DNA of 64,000 bases, taken from NCBI RefSeq assembly GCF_006345805.1, contig NC_043004.1, positions 27,404,001 to 27,468,000 on the forward strand, written 5' to 3'. Source of the stretch: Octopus sinensis. Lineage: Eukaryota. Positions 35,241 to 48,439 of the stretch are shown in pieces. A model generated the notes under the pieces. The model was given only the letters and a program-made list of their open reading frames with translations. It was not told the origin of the DNA and did no database searches. The stretch's first letter is position 1. Each line of letters starts with the position of its first letter. Made by a program: the position numbers and the translations under genes.

Positions 35241-35841
35241 TTATTGAGTTAGAAAACAAGATCTAATGGATACAAATTAATTTATTAATTAATCAACATA
35301 TTCACCTACAATTGTTTCATTTCACAAAACAATATTGAAATTACAAGACATATATAAATATTTTTGCATTTATACCTTGTATGGAAAATCATCAGGGTGT
35401 ACAAAGGACAGTAAGGATTACATTAGGATATGTTTGGAATATTCAGAATATCTACACATGTTTATTATGTGTGTATGTATAAGAATGTGTGTGTACAGAT
35501 GTGTTAAAATTATTCCTTTTATTTCATTTCAATAATAATCATAACATTAATCATGAACAAGGATTTATTGCGATTACAATTTATTTCACTTTTGTGCATT
35601 CTATTTCATTTATTTTATTTTATTTTATTTTTACTTTATTTTATTATACATTTATTCTATTTTATTTATTATTTTTCTATTTTTTAAATTTTTATTCTAT
35701 ATCATTTTCATTTTATCATTACTTTATTTTTGCTCATATATAAATTAATCTATTTTCCTAAAGAAGCAAATTATGAAGGAACATATATACCAATACACAT
35801 GCATATTGATGTAAAAAGTATTGACATACACACTTGTTGTG

Positions 35842-35885
<44 letters not shown>

Positions 35886-36969
35886 TATATATACATATAT
35901 ATAAGCAGATACATACACAGTTATACAGACATGAGTATAAATTTTGTTTCACTTTTACTTTATTTTATTTCATGAACATAAATTTTATTTCATTTTTGCT
36001 TTCTTTTATTCATTATATTACCTTACCCTTATACAATAACCCATCATTCATGATTAATATTATTATTACCTCCACCTAGCGAAGGCAGAGGTATTGTTTT
36101 CAATCGTGTTTGTTTGTTAGTCCATGGACAAGCTCTCAAGAACCGCTGGATAGATTTGGATGAAACTTTCAGGGATGTTTGGTCTTGTGACTGGCATGAA
36201 ACTGATTAGATTTTGGGATCGATTCAGTATTAGACAAGGATTCTGGATTATTTGTTATATTTACTTTAATTTACATGATTATGATCTCAAATTAACTTTC
36301 AAGTCTTTCTCAATTATCTCCCTTTAGGCTGTAACTATTTTGAATTGTGAATTTGTTAACTTTGGTTTGTATTAGAATAAGGATAAACTATTTATTACTG
36401 TTACTAAATTTCTACAGCAACCTTCACACTCCATGACTACTATTGGGATTGATCAGGTACTGGACAAGGATTCTGGATTATTTTTCCGTTTTGTTTTTTC
36501 TTAATTTTTGAGAGCGGTCGAGTTCATTTTTAGTAATTTCATTTGTGAGAGCAGTCAAGTTTATTTAAGATATTCTCATTTTAAAAATCATCTCAGCCTA
36601 ATCATCGAGAGGATGTTAGTGTTGCCCTGGTGAAGGTTTGTACTCTCTGAGTGTTCTTGTTATTATTGAAGTGAAATAAAAGGAATAATTTTAATGCATG
36701 CATACACACACACACATGTATACATACACACATGGTAAACATGTCAATAAATTCTGTGTATTCCAAATGTATCTTAATGACATCCCTATTTTCCTCTGCA
36801 CACCCTGATGGTTTTTCATACAAAGTATTTAAAATGCAAAATTATATATTTATATATGTTTTGTAATTTCAGTTTTGTTTGTGAAAAGAAACAATTGTCA
36901 GTGAATATGTTGATTAATTAATAAATTAATTTGCATCCAATTAGATCTCCTTGTTTTCTAACTCAATAA
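35241..36969. mobile_element. Fold-back/MITE-like element with ~300-bp diverged terminal inverted repeats
   Basis: 35241-35538 aligns with the reverse complement of 36660-36969 (roughly 80% by eye). Confidence 0.75.
36063..36662 (+). mobile_element. HINE/DINE-like (Helentron-associated) non-autonomous element
   Basis: Starts ttacctccacctagcgaaggcagaggtattgttttc...(GTTT)n; ends ggtgaaggtttgtactctctgagtgttcttgttatt; subterminal inverted repeat; T-rich site. Confidence 0.7.
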
Positions 36970-37105
36970 CAATGTTTGATATTTTACAATATTTTATATA
37001 ATATATTCATTAAAGAAATATCTCTTCGAGATATAATATATTAAATCAGTGTATCTTGGATAAATATTCATATTCCATTAAAAGGTTTGAATATCCTCAT
37101 TGCAC

Positions 37106-37147
<42 letters not shown>

Positions 37148-37239
37148 AATGTCAGGGTAGAAAATGCTAAAATGGCTTTATAAAAAACATTTTTAGCATT
37201 TTCTACCTTGACTTTTTTTCCATATATGTACCAACTCAT

Positions 37240-37790
37240 GCGTTCCTTTGTGATCTATGCCAGGGATGTAACCAGCCCACTAATGAATACCTTTCCTTCA
37301 TTGGACACTAAACTCTGCTTGCTAAGACCTGTTGAGGCAAGTGAAATCGAAATTGAAATTGAATCAAATTTGATGACTGGCACTGTGCCAGTGGAGCTCT
37401 AAGAGCACCATCTGTGTGTGATCGTTACCAGAGCAGCTGACTGGCTTCCATGCCAGTGGCATGTACAAATGCCAGTGGCACGTGAAAAAACATTTGAGCA
37501 AGGTCATTGCCAGTTTTGCTGAACTGGCTCCTGTGCAGGTGGCAAGTAAAAAACACCATTTGAGCGGGGCTGTTGCCAGTGCCACCTGACTGGCCCTCAT
37601 GCCGGTGGCACGTAAAAGTACCTACTACACTTTCGGAATGGTTTGGCATTAGGAAGGGCATCAAGCTGTAGAAATTCTGCCAGATCAGATTGGAGTCTGG
37701 TGCAGCCATCTGGTTAGCCAGACCTCAATCAAATCGTTCAACCCATGCTAGCATAGAAAGCAGACGTTAAACGATGATGATGATGATGAT
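37240..37790 (+). mobile_element. Older RTE 3' UTR with divergent monomers and (ATG)n tail
   Basis: aagacctgttgaggcaagtgaaatc anchor and terminal aacccatgctagcat...cgttaaacgatgatg shared with 34500-35055. Confidence 0.85.
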
Positions 37791-38229
37791 ATAAATATAT
37801 GATATTTATATTCAGATATGCCCACCACCTATCGTCTCTCTAACTCTGTTCTGTTGCTCTAATTAAATGTAAGAATGCATATGTTAGCTTTTCCTGCATA
37901 CTACTTAGTAACCAGAACCATCTCACTGTTACCCATCTTTCATTTTTAATATTGTTCTCTCCATCCACATTTTCCATTGATCACCCTCCTGAGACATCAG
38001 ATTCTTTCTCTTCCATCACCATTTATCTCCCCCTCACCATTCACTAAATCTGCTCCATACTCTTACTACCGACCCATACCCAACCACATGTCATTTCCCT
38101 CTCTCATTTTTGCCCATCATCTCTCTTTCTGCTTTTGTCTCTTGCATCATTATTATTATTACCATTTCATATATGCATAGCAGATTAAACTGCTGGAAAA
38201 GAAAAAAATTCCTAAAATCAGGCTACAAC

Positions 38230-38600
38230 AAGTAATTTTAGATACCAATAATCTTCATAAGTATCCTAATTGTCCCTAATAACACTGTTTTCTGGACCTG
38301 CACTAAACTAAGTTTTATGCCTATTTTCTCAATCCATCTGTTCAAATCTTTAGGAATAGTTCATAATGCACTTATAACTACAAGAATACATTTTACCCAT
38401 ACTTTCCATAGTCTCTGTAACATAATGTCTAGGTCCTGGTACCTTGCTACTTTCTCTACTCCTCTCATATCAACTTTCTCATCAATTATGACTGTAACGT
38501 CAATTACCCGGCACTTTCTATTCTCTCTTTCTATTGCTATTAAATCAGGCCTTCAAGCTTCTATTACTCTGTTAGCCCAAGCGGTTTTATGTGTTTATTT
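38230..38600 (-). mobile_element. R4/Dong LINE 3' (RLE endonuclease) fragment
   Basis: Minus-strand ARYQDLDIMLQRLWKV...TIPKDLNRWIEKIG...LVQVQKTVLLGTIRIL. Confidence 0.72.
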
Positions 38601-40235
38601 GCATCATTATCTCCATATCTACTCACCTGGATTCCTCTTATAGCAACTCTTTACTCCACAGACTTAGCCCTTGGTAACGATTTCAGAGTGTAAGTGCAAA
38701 TTGTGTGAGTGCTATTAAGTGTTTTCCATATTGTGCATCTCTGGATTGCACCTGTTGACTCTGTGTGTGTGTTTGTGGGTGCATGCAAGCATGCATGTGT
38801 GCATGCGTGTGTGTGTATATATATATATATATGTCAGTTTAGTGAGATGGCTTATTGCTACACTCACCAATATCAGATCTCCAAATTAACAATTTCTGAA
38901 ATTGCAGCAAAATTTAACAACAATATTTTAAAACATTTTAGCCGGCTACAATAAATATTGTTTAATGTTTCCTAGCAGACCAAGTCACCACATAAATATT
39001 CTACAGGTATGGCATTGTAACGAGGAACATTCAAACACTGTATTAGAAGTAAGGTTCTTAGGCTGCACCCAACTTAGATATATGTGTGTATGTGTGTGAA
39101 TGTGCATGTGTTTGTGTGTATGTACATGCCCGTGTATATGTATGTGTGTGTTGGGGGGGGTAGTCAGGTGAAGATTATCAGTGAAGAGACTAAGCTAGAG
39201 TGTATGCATGTAAGACAGTGAAATAGCTAACCATATGTGGCCAGTGGTCCAGAAATAAACTGGCATTAATGTCAAGCTAACTGAATTACCATTAAGTTGG
39301 TGAACTTTACTTTCTCTAAGTGCACTTATAGCATCAACTCTGACTCCTCCCACCACACACATAACCTCCTGACTACCTCTCTATTTGTCTTACATTCTGT
39401 CTTTATGCACACACACACACACACACATATACACCACCATAATATTGAAACATATTTACATACAAGCATGCATACACCATCCTCACCCAATACATATATA
39501 TATATATATATATATCGCTAACCAGCTAGCTACATGCATGCAATATTTATTATATAAATGTGTGTGCATGTGTGTGTGTGTGAGTGAGTGTGTGTTATAT
39601 ATAATATATATGTATATATAAATATTATATACATACATGTATATATACATGCACACACACATGCACACGCACACACACACACACATAGACACACACATAT
39701 GCACATGCGTGCATGCACACACACTCTTCATTTATAAGTGCAACCAACAGAAAAGAACACACAACATATTGTAAAGAGTTTAAAATGAACAGTAGATGAT
39801 TCTGTAGTTGTGCATTTCACACACGTAATTACTTAAGTGATGTTTCAGCTGTCTTTTCTAAACGACCTCGGAGAGATCACCCATGTATTTTAGACCTATG
39901 TGAATTTGTAAGTAATGTATTACTGTACCAAACACACACACACACAGAAGAAAACTATTTTCACATAGGCAGAAGTATAAAAGAAGGAATAGAAGTTGAA
40001 AATGCACTTGGTGTTATAAAAATATTTAATCACATTTACTTAACTTGTTCTCAAATTCATGATTTTACTGAAGTAAACTGAGTTGGAGAGATATAGAGCT
40101 ATACTGTACTGCCTTAACTATTGTCTGGATTTGTTCCATCTTATGCAAAGATTATGGCTCAATTTTTAGCTATTCTAACAACTTGTTATTCATACTATAT
40201 CACATGGCTTGTTCAGTGGATTAAAATAGCCTTGA

Positions 40236-40400
40236 CTCATCATCATCGTTTAACGTCCACTTTCCACGCTGGCATGGGTCGGATGGTTTGACATGGAGCT
40301 GGCTAGCAGGGAACTGTCCAGACTTCAACTATCTTTTGTGGCATGGTTTCTACAGCTGGCTGTTCTTCCTAATGTCAACCACTTAACAGAGTTTGATGGG
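40236..40400 (-). mobile_element. Older RTE 3' end
   Basis: catcatcatcgtttaacgtccactttccacgctggcatggg. Confidence 0.75.
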
Positions 40401-40776
40401 TGCTGGTTCAATTATTGTCCATACTTAATATAAGCACTCAACACACAATTATTCTCTTTGCTGTCACATGACCCTTTGACCATGTGACAAGCTTCAACTA
40501 ATCAAAGTATACAGCAACTGATGACAATTTGCACTATTATCTCTCCGTAAAAAGAAGCAAATTTTAAAGCTCCTGTTGGAATTGGAACAAACATATTACG
40601 TATATATATATATAGTATATGTGTGTGTCTGTATGTATATGTATATATATGTATGGTATATATATATATGTGTGTGTGTGTATATATATATATATGTATG
40701 TATGTGTGTATATGTATATATGTGTGTGTGTATGTGTGTGTGTGTGCGCGTTATGTTTATATATTTGTTTTATGAG

Positions 40777-41700
40777 ATTCCTGATGTGAAATTGTGTGTT
40801 GAAACAGACATTGTTATGGTTATATTTTTTCTTGCCAAATAAACACACACACTATACATTCGTTTTGCACTTTAGATTTATTATTCTTATTTTATATCCA
40901 TTGTCTGGAAATCTTTTGCTATACATCATGTGACTTCTTCAGTGATGCTCCATTCCTGTTGTAAAACCTGTGTGTCGAAACAGATATTGCTATAGTTATA
41001 TTTTTCTTGCCAAATAAACACACAGACAATATTCGTTATTCACTTCAGATCTATTAGTCTTATTTTATATACATTATATACACAAATCCTGTGACCTTTT
41101 CTGTGACACTCCATTCCACGTATATCCTCTTGAGAACAGGAGAGGACACATCATGATAATTAGTTATCTATCTATATATCATATGAAGTAAAAACGATGA
41201 ATAAATCCAGGCAGATAGACATAAAACACTCAGTGTTCAACAAATTTCGTTTACTTTATCAAACAGATACCAATAAATACAAGTCGAATAAATATCCAAG
41301 GTATGACAAGTAAATTTAAATATTGCTAAGAATTGCCAGAAATTCAGAGTATAAGACAAAAAGAATAGGAATGGAGAAAATCACATCCTTCATTGGTGAT
41401 TACATCATACATTACCAATGATCATTTCTATTGTGCCAGCATTCTTAGATGCAGCAAAAGGTATAAGATTCCAGCCAAATTAATATATCCAAAAATACAT
41501 GCTAATACAATGTCATTAAGGCAATCCAAAATTGGCTGAATTCAAAGTGAACTAAAAAAAATATCTCTTATAGAGAAACACATACAAAAAGAACATTAAG
41601 AAGAAATATAATATACTAAGAAAAACCTGTTTAGTCTTTAACTTTTGATAACATCAGTAGATAACAAAATAATATAAAATAAAGAAAGAAATTCTACATC
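40777..41700 (+). mobile_element. Penelope-like remnant: tandem ~170-bp pLTRs followed by a decayed ORF N-terminus
   Basis: Units start at 40777, 40952 and 41113, with ctgatg...gaaacaga in the first two; downstream LRCSKRYKIPAKLIYP-like remnant. Confidence 0.55.
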
Positions 41701-41854
41701 ACAATAATTAGTAATCTATCTATTAAATATACTATAAAAATTTAGAGAAACTATGCACGTTAGATTATAAAAAAAGCAATTACACATACAGGCACACACA
41801 CACATACATATATACATATATACATATATACTTATCTCCTCCAAGTAAGTTTTG

Positions 41855-41900
<46 letters not shown>

Positions 41901-41993
41901 AAGGATAAGATTGTTAATTTAAATTAAATAACGATCTTATCAAGAGGCCAGCATGGAAATAAAAACCTTCAAAGGTAATAATTATTATTACAA

Positions 41994-42105
41994 TTATAAC
42001 TTAGGGTATCTACAAGATACCGCCGAACACTTAATGTGGTTTTAGAGTCAGATTCTGGCTGCTATTTTCAGCATGGCGGTATCTCGTAGATACCCCAAGT
42101 TATAA
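41994..42105. mobile_element. 112-bp MITE-like hairpin with 31-bp inverted repeats
   Basis: 41994-42024 vs 42075-42105, 2 mismatches. Confidence 0.7.
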
Positions 42106-42299
42106 GTATATATATATATATTTACACACATATATGACAGGTTTCTTTCAGTATCTGTTGAAAGGTTCAAGGCTGTAGTCAGTTTGTGGCTAATGTAGAA
42201 GACACTTGCATGAAGTACAATATAATGTGACTGAACTTGAAGCTATGTGCTTGGAAGCAATCCTCTTACAATATATATATATACACACACATATGGAGG

Positions 42300-42595
42300 A
42301 GGAGATCCCCTTCAGTCATGAATGACCATGGGATTGCACCTAGAAAGTTACCCTAAGAGGCACAAGTCACCCATGCATACGAGCCTCCTCTCTCCACACC
42401 ACTGATGTTATCCAAGGGAAAGGCAAAGGTCGATACAGCTTGGCACCAGTGATGTCACAACTCGTTTCTACAGCTGAGTTAACTGGAGCAACGTGAAATA
42501 AAGTGTCTTGCTAAAGAACACAACACGCAGCCCAGTCTAGGAATCGCACTCACAACCTCACAATCATAAGCTCGATGCTCTAACCACTGATCCAT
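42300..42595 (-). mobile_element. tRNA-derived SINE (same family as 2724-3030)
   Basis: Head gatcagtggttagagc...gagtgcgattcc on the minus strand; colinear body. Confidence 0.8.
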
Positions 42596-42750
42596 ATATA
42601 TCACATGCACACACACACAAATTTCTTCTTTTAGTGCCTTCAATCATTGGACTATAACCATGGATGTGCATTATCCTTAAGGGTTTTAATCAATCACATC
42701 AATTTCAGTTTTGAATTTTATTCTGGTACATATTTTCAACAATTTATATA

Positions 42751-43340
42751 CATGAGGTCTGGTCAAAAAGTATTGGGACTAGTGCTATAATGAGAAAACT
42801 ACCACACACATCATTATTTCTAATTCCATTACCACACACATCAATTTGGCATTTAATCTCCTTCAAAGTAGTCTCCTTCTGAAGCAGCACACTTTACCCA
42901 GTATTGTTTCAAATGATGGAGGCTTTCCTAAAATTCCTGTTTTGGGAAAGCAAGCAGCTGCCATGTCATGCTCTCTTGGATTTCCTCAATGCCTTTTAAA
43001 ATCTTGTTGGGATTTTCCACAGCAAAAACTGAGCCTTGGTTTTGGGGTCATAGCCATAGACACACGATTTGTCACTTATTGTGACTGTTTTCCAAAAAGT
43101 TTTTGTCTTCTTCAACACAATCAAAGAGACCCTGCACAGCTGAAGCCCAATCTTCTTTTTTGAGATGACCACACTCTACACACTCTGCTTTCAAGTACTG
43201 TTATAAACAGCAGAAGTGAACAAAAACGTTATAACTCAGTGTGCATGTGAAACAGAGAGCAAAGTCAATCTGTGTCAAGCAGATTCACTTTAGCTCTGTT
43301 ACCATAGCAACAGACCCAGTACTTTTTGTCCAGACCTCGT
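42751..43340 (-). mobile_element. mariner deletion derivative with both TIRs
   Basis: TIRs gaggtctggtcaaaaagtattggg (42754) and the reverse complement of cccagtactttttgtccagacctc (43315-43338); KCAASEGDYFEGD remnant. Confidence 0.85.
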
Positions 43341-44285
43341 TTGTATTGAATTAATGTGGATAATTAGTAGAGTCATATAAACATTGCACAGATCTTATTG
43401 TGCTAAGCATTATGACTCTCTGTCGACTGAATTCAAAATCTGCCAATGTCAGTTTTACCATTCAACCTTGCAGAATGGTTAAATAAAATACCAGTCAAGT
43501 ACTGACTTGATTCTTCTCATTTTCCTAATGTTTTCTTCCTGTCTAATGATCCTTCTTTCTGGAAAAAATCAGCTGTCATCAAACCATTCCGCCAGATCAA
43601 AAACAGCCCAAAACATGTCACATGTCATCATAGTGTCTCTTTGTCCCCTACCACCTCAAAAGTCAGCAGCTTAAGGTAAGACGTGATATTTATTCAATGA
43701 CTCCATCATATTTGACATAAAGGGTTGAACCTCAACCTTTTACTTTATACCTGTAAATACAAATACACCCCAATGTGTGTGTATGTGTGTGCATAATTGC
43801 ATATGTGCTTATGCTTATATGTGCATATATGCATATAATTATATCTGTCTTCATGTTTGCATACATCTATATGTACACGTATATGTGTAAGAGCATGCAT
43901 TTTTATGTGTACTTGTATTCATATATGTATATATATATTATGTGTGCGCATGCATAATTTATGTGTTTGTGTTGTGCGCATCCTTAACAGTTTCATAACA
44001 CTGAATTCATGTTGACTTTTTTAACTCCCCACCACCACCACCACCACCATCATCACCATTAATACAAGCTTTATTCAATTTTCTACACCTCCCCATTCAT
44101 GTTTAGTTTTATCCATTTAAAAGCATTTCATGCGTGTGCATGCGTATGTTAATGTGTGGATATGAGCATTGCATGCACATATGCATATGTCTGTTAAATG
44201 CATGCATGGATATATGTTTGACTATGTTTGTGTATATTATTCATTAATACACGTGTGTATGTGTGTGCAAACATGTGAAAATGTA

Positions 44286-44316
<31 letters not shown>

Positions 44317-44317
44317 T

Positions 44318-44410
44318 GTTAATCCAAACATGAAAACACAAAGAGAAAACACAACAACGTGAGGACGTGGAACAAGTATAGTGTTATGGACACTCAGGAA
44401 AGGAAACTAG
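44318..44410 (-). mobile_element. Partial copy of the ~200-bp pLTR family (downstream half only)
   Basis: Reverse complement matches 2620-2707; (TA)n on both sides. Confidence 0.75.
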
Positions 44411-44414
44411 GTAC

Positions 44415-44460
<46 letters not shown>

Positions 44461-44644
44461 TATATATATATAATATATACATGTATGTACATACATACAT
44501 TTATATAATGCACAATATAGGGATTTATCTAATCTAGTGGGACTTACAAAAAATCTCCTTTAGTGGATCAGGTTGCGGATCAGATTATGAATCAAATCAT
44601 ACACACACGTGTGTATGTATGTATATATATATATATATATAGTA

Positions 44645-45872
44645 GTACACATCCATCAGTCTCTAGAGACCATGGGTCTGTGTCCCTAAAAATTGTGTCA
44701 GCTGCTGGTGTTGGAGCAGTGTCTGCTGTGGCTGTAGAGGCCCACACAGGAGTGGCAGTCATGCATACAGTGACTGCATTTGAAAGAGCTCTCTGCCAGT
44801 GCTACTGGTTTTTCTTTCCACTGAGTGTGCTTTTCTTTGGTGGCAAGATCCTGTTTTCCTTCTTGCTTCATCCCCTTTCAAAGTATTTGTCTCCAGTGTG
44901 GGTAATCATTTGCGACCGCCTACCATCTCAGGATGTTCAGATCTATTGACTGTATATCTCTCTTGCAGACGTCCTTGAAAGGAAGATGAGGTCATCCTAG
45001 TGCTCTTGTGCTAGTGGCCAATTCCCCATAGAGGAGGTCTTTTAGGATTCTCCCATCTGTTATGCAATGTACATGACTGAGCCAGTGCAGATGATGCTGC
45101 TGGAGCTGGGTGAGTATACTGGGTATCTTGGCACAGTTGAGGATTTCAGTGTTGGTGATGTGATCCAAGAAGTGTCTCAAATTATGATAGTAGAAGATGT
45201 TGAGACACTGAAGTAGAGGCTCCATGTCTCACCAACACATGCCTTATAGACAGCAGCCAGTTTTCTGTTTTCCCAGACTCTCTTTGTGAGCTTGGCAAAT
45301 GTGGAGGATCCTTGTCCAATTTGCCTGCTGATTTCAGGTTCCAGGGAGAGGTAACCAGAGATGGTAGAGCCAAGGTAGGTGAATTCATGGACTACCTTCA
45401 GCTTTGTAGTTGTTGATGGTGGTGGTGGTGGTGGTGGTGGGTGCTTGACACTTTGCCTAAGTACTTCGGTCTTCTTCAGACTGATAGTCAGGCTGATTTG
45501 ATGATAAGCCTTTGAGAGTTTGTCCATGAGGTGCTGCACTTGCTCCTCAGAGTGTGCTGTCAGTGCTGCATTGTCCATGAACAGCATTTCTCTGATGAGT
45601 ACATGGTACATTCTGGATTTTGATTTCAAGCTCGACAGACTAAACAGTTTACTGCCTGATCTAGGGTGAGGGTAAACACTGCAAAGAAGATGCCAAACAA
45701 AGTGGAGGAAAGCACACAGCCCTGCCTCACACTGCTACATATGTTGAACACCTCCAAATAAAAGCCATCAAATTGAATGATACCTTTAATACCCACGTGA
45801 AACAATTGGACAATCCTGAAGAGTCTTGGAGGACAGCCAATCTTGGCAAGGATTTTGGACAGGCTGTTCATG
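44645..45872 (-). mobile_element. RTE-BovB-type LINE: RT and C-terminal region, decayed
   Basis: VRQGCVLSSTLFGIFF; LIREMLFMDNAAL...FTYLGSTIS...FAKLTKRVW; LHWLSHV...ILKDLLYGEL; terminal FKCSHC. Confidence 0.88.
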
Positions 45873-46075
45873 TTGTTCCCTGCATGTTGTCCAACATGTC
45901 CATTGAAATCACCAGCCACAAGGAGAAGGTCCCTGTCATTTGTCAACGATGTAGTCTGCAATAGGGTGTCATAGAATTGGTCTTTCTGCTCCTCCGGTAG
46001 CCCCGGTTGAGGGGCATAGGCCGAGATAATGGTAGCTAACCTATGGTGAAGCACTAATCTAATCTTAAGTACTCT
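45873..46075 (-). mobile_element. RTE endonuclease fragment
   Basis: SDRVLKIRLVL...ISAYAPQPGLPEEQKDQFYDTL...LVAGDFNGHVG. Confidence 0.88.
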
Positions 46076-46094
46076 GTCACTATATATATATATA

Positions 46095-46690
46095 TCATCA
46101 TCATCATCATTTGACATCCGTTTTCCATGCTGGCATGTGTTGGACGGTTTCACAAGAGCTGACCAGCTGAAGGGCTGTTCAGACTCCATAACTGTTTTGG
46201 CATGGTTTCTACAGCTGGATACCCTTCCTAATGCTAACCACTTTACAGAGTGTACTGGATGCTTTTATGCAGCACCAGCATCAGTGCTTTTTACGAGGCA
46301 CCAGCACCTGTGAGCCTACAGGATCAAGGATGCTCAGCTAGAAAGGGTTGCACGAGATCAATCTGTGTGCAAGGGCAACCATTGTTTTACTTTACTTGAC
46401 ATGTCTTTCAAAGCACAGCAACCCACCAGCAGTCTCAGTCTCCAGTCATCCCCTCCGTGATTTCCGATGCCTGTAGATCCTTCCTCACCATTTCATCCCA
46501 TGTTTTCCTGGGTCTACCCCTTCCACATGTTCCCTCTACAATTAGAGACTGGCACCTCTTGATGCAACTGTCTTCTTTCCTACTCATTACATGGCCATAC
46601 CAACACAGTCTTCTCTCTTGCACGCTCCATCTGATGCTACATATACCCAGTTTTTCTCTCAAATCACTTACACTCTGTTATATTTTACCA
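46095..46690 (-). mobile_element. Older RTE: RT C-terminus, short 3' UTR and (ATG)n tail
   Basis: REKLGICSIRWSVQERRLCWYGHV...EGTCGRGRPRKTWDE; (CAT)n at about 46095-46110. Confidence 0.87.
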
Positions 46691-46893
46691 GGTTTGGTGA
46701 GATCTTTATCCATTTCTCAATGTCATTATCAGCATAAGTCAAGATATTCTGTGAAATTAAAGTCATAACAGCTTGAGCTTTTAATTAATGCTCATGCATA
46801 TCTAATACTATTTATTAGTAGTAATAGCATGGAACAACACAGATTATAACAATGGTCAGGAGATGGTCATGGTAGTAGTAGCAGTAGTAGTAG

Positions 46894-46924
<31 letters not shown>

Positions 46925-47003
46925 GGTGGTGGTGGTGGTGGTGGTGGTGGTGGTTGTGTAGGTGCTGGAGATGATGATGATGATGAAGTATATGCCCTGG
47001 CTG

Positions 47004-47057
<54 letters not shown>

Positions 47058-48239
47058 GCACATTCATGCACACTTCCTCCTGAAAGAAACTGGGTATGTA
47101 TCAATGACAACAGAAATCAATGTTAATTATAAGCCATTGTTGTTGTTATTGTTGCTTAGTTGGCAAGATGGTTTCCTATCATTGTTGAGATCAGAACAGA
47201 GCTGAAACTCACAGCCAATAGCCCTGAACAAGAACTCTCAACTCGTAATTAAAAGAATTTCCTGCAGAATTTTTCAAATGCTGATTATCATATAAGCTGC
47301 TATACTAATTAATTACCTGCAAATTAAATTAGCTTTTAAAAGCAGCAGTTCTGAAAGATGCATGTTGTTGTAGTTGGCATTGCATGTTATGTCTTTGACA
47401 TCTGATGTTTGAAAGATTTCGGAGATTTACAACAAAAGATTGGAAATATCCTCCCCTTCCTCCCCTTCCTCCTCCTCTGCCATGTTGTCATGATGATGAT
47501 GATGATGATGATGATGATCATTATTATTTGTTTTTAAATCTTTTTTTCAATACAAACACTGCTTCTGAAGGGACAAAGGTGATAATAGTTAATAATGGTT
47601 ATTAGATGTGAGGTAGGCAGATTCCTAGCACATGTAGGGGTTATAAGGTGCCAAAATAACAACTGCAACCACTGCCGTAGCTGCTACAAAAATACATCAA
47701 CAACAATTGTCATTTGCAGACAGCTCCAAGGATTGCTAAGCCTTTTGTTTTCTATAGTGGAATGTTGTATATATGCAAAACATGGGTTAGCTTTATGTAA
47801 TGGTGTTCGTGGCAGCAGCAGTGGTGGGTAGCAATGTTAGTGGTGGTGTTGTTGTTTATGGTGGTGGTGGTAGTTTTGTTATTGGGAATGGTGGTAGTAG
47901 TGTTGCTAGTGGTTGGTGATGGAAGTCGTAATAGTAGTCATGTTGATTGGATTGTGGTAGTGGTGATGGTGTTAGTTGTGGTGTTATGGCAGTGGTGTCG
48001 ATGGTGATGGTGGTGGTAGTGATGCTGGTGGTGAAATTATGAATAATAATAATAAACAAGCCCTTAACACATACTGTTGAAAACCTTAACGCATACTATT
48101 GAAGGTTAATATTTATGAGATTAATGAGCATTTAATAAAAATGTAAGGAATAGATTAGCTCTTAGTGACAAAAGCACTTTTTGTGATGAATATCAATTTG
48201 CACATCCAACTTAACTTGGATGTATTGTTGTAAATACTG

Positions 48240-48406
48240 TAGGAGTGGATGTGTGGTAAGTAGCTTGCTAACCAAACACATGATTCCGGGTTCAGTCCCA
48301 CTGCGTGGCATCTTGGGCAAGTGTCTTCTGCTATAGCCCCGGGCCGACCAATGCCTTGTGAGTGGATTTGGTAGACGGAAACTGAAAGAAACCTGTCGTA
48401 TATATG

Positions 48407-48439
<33 letters not shown>

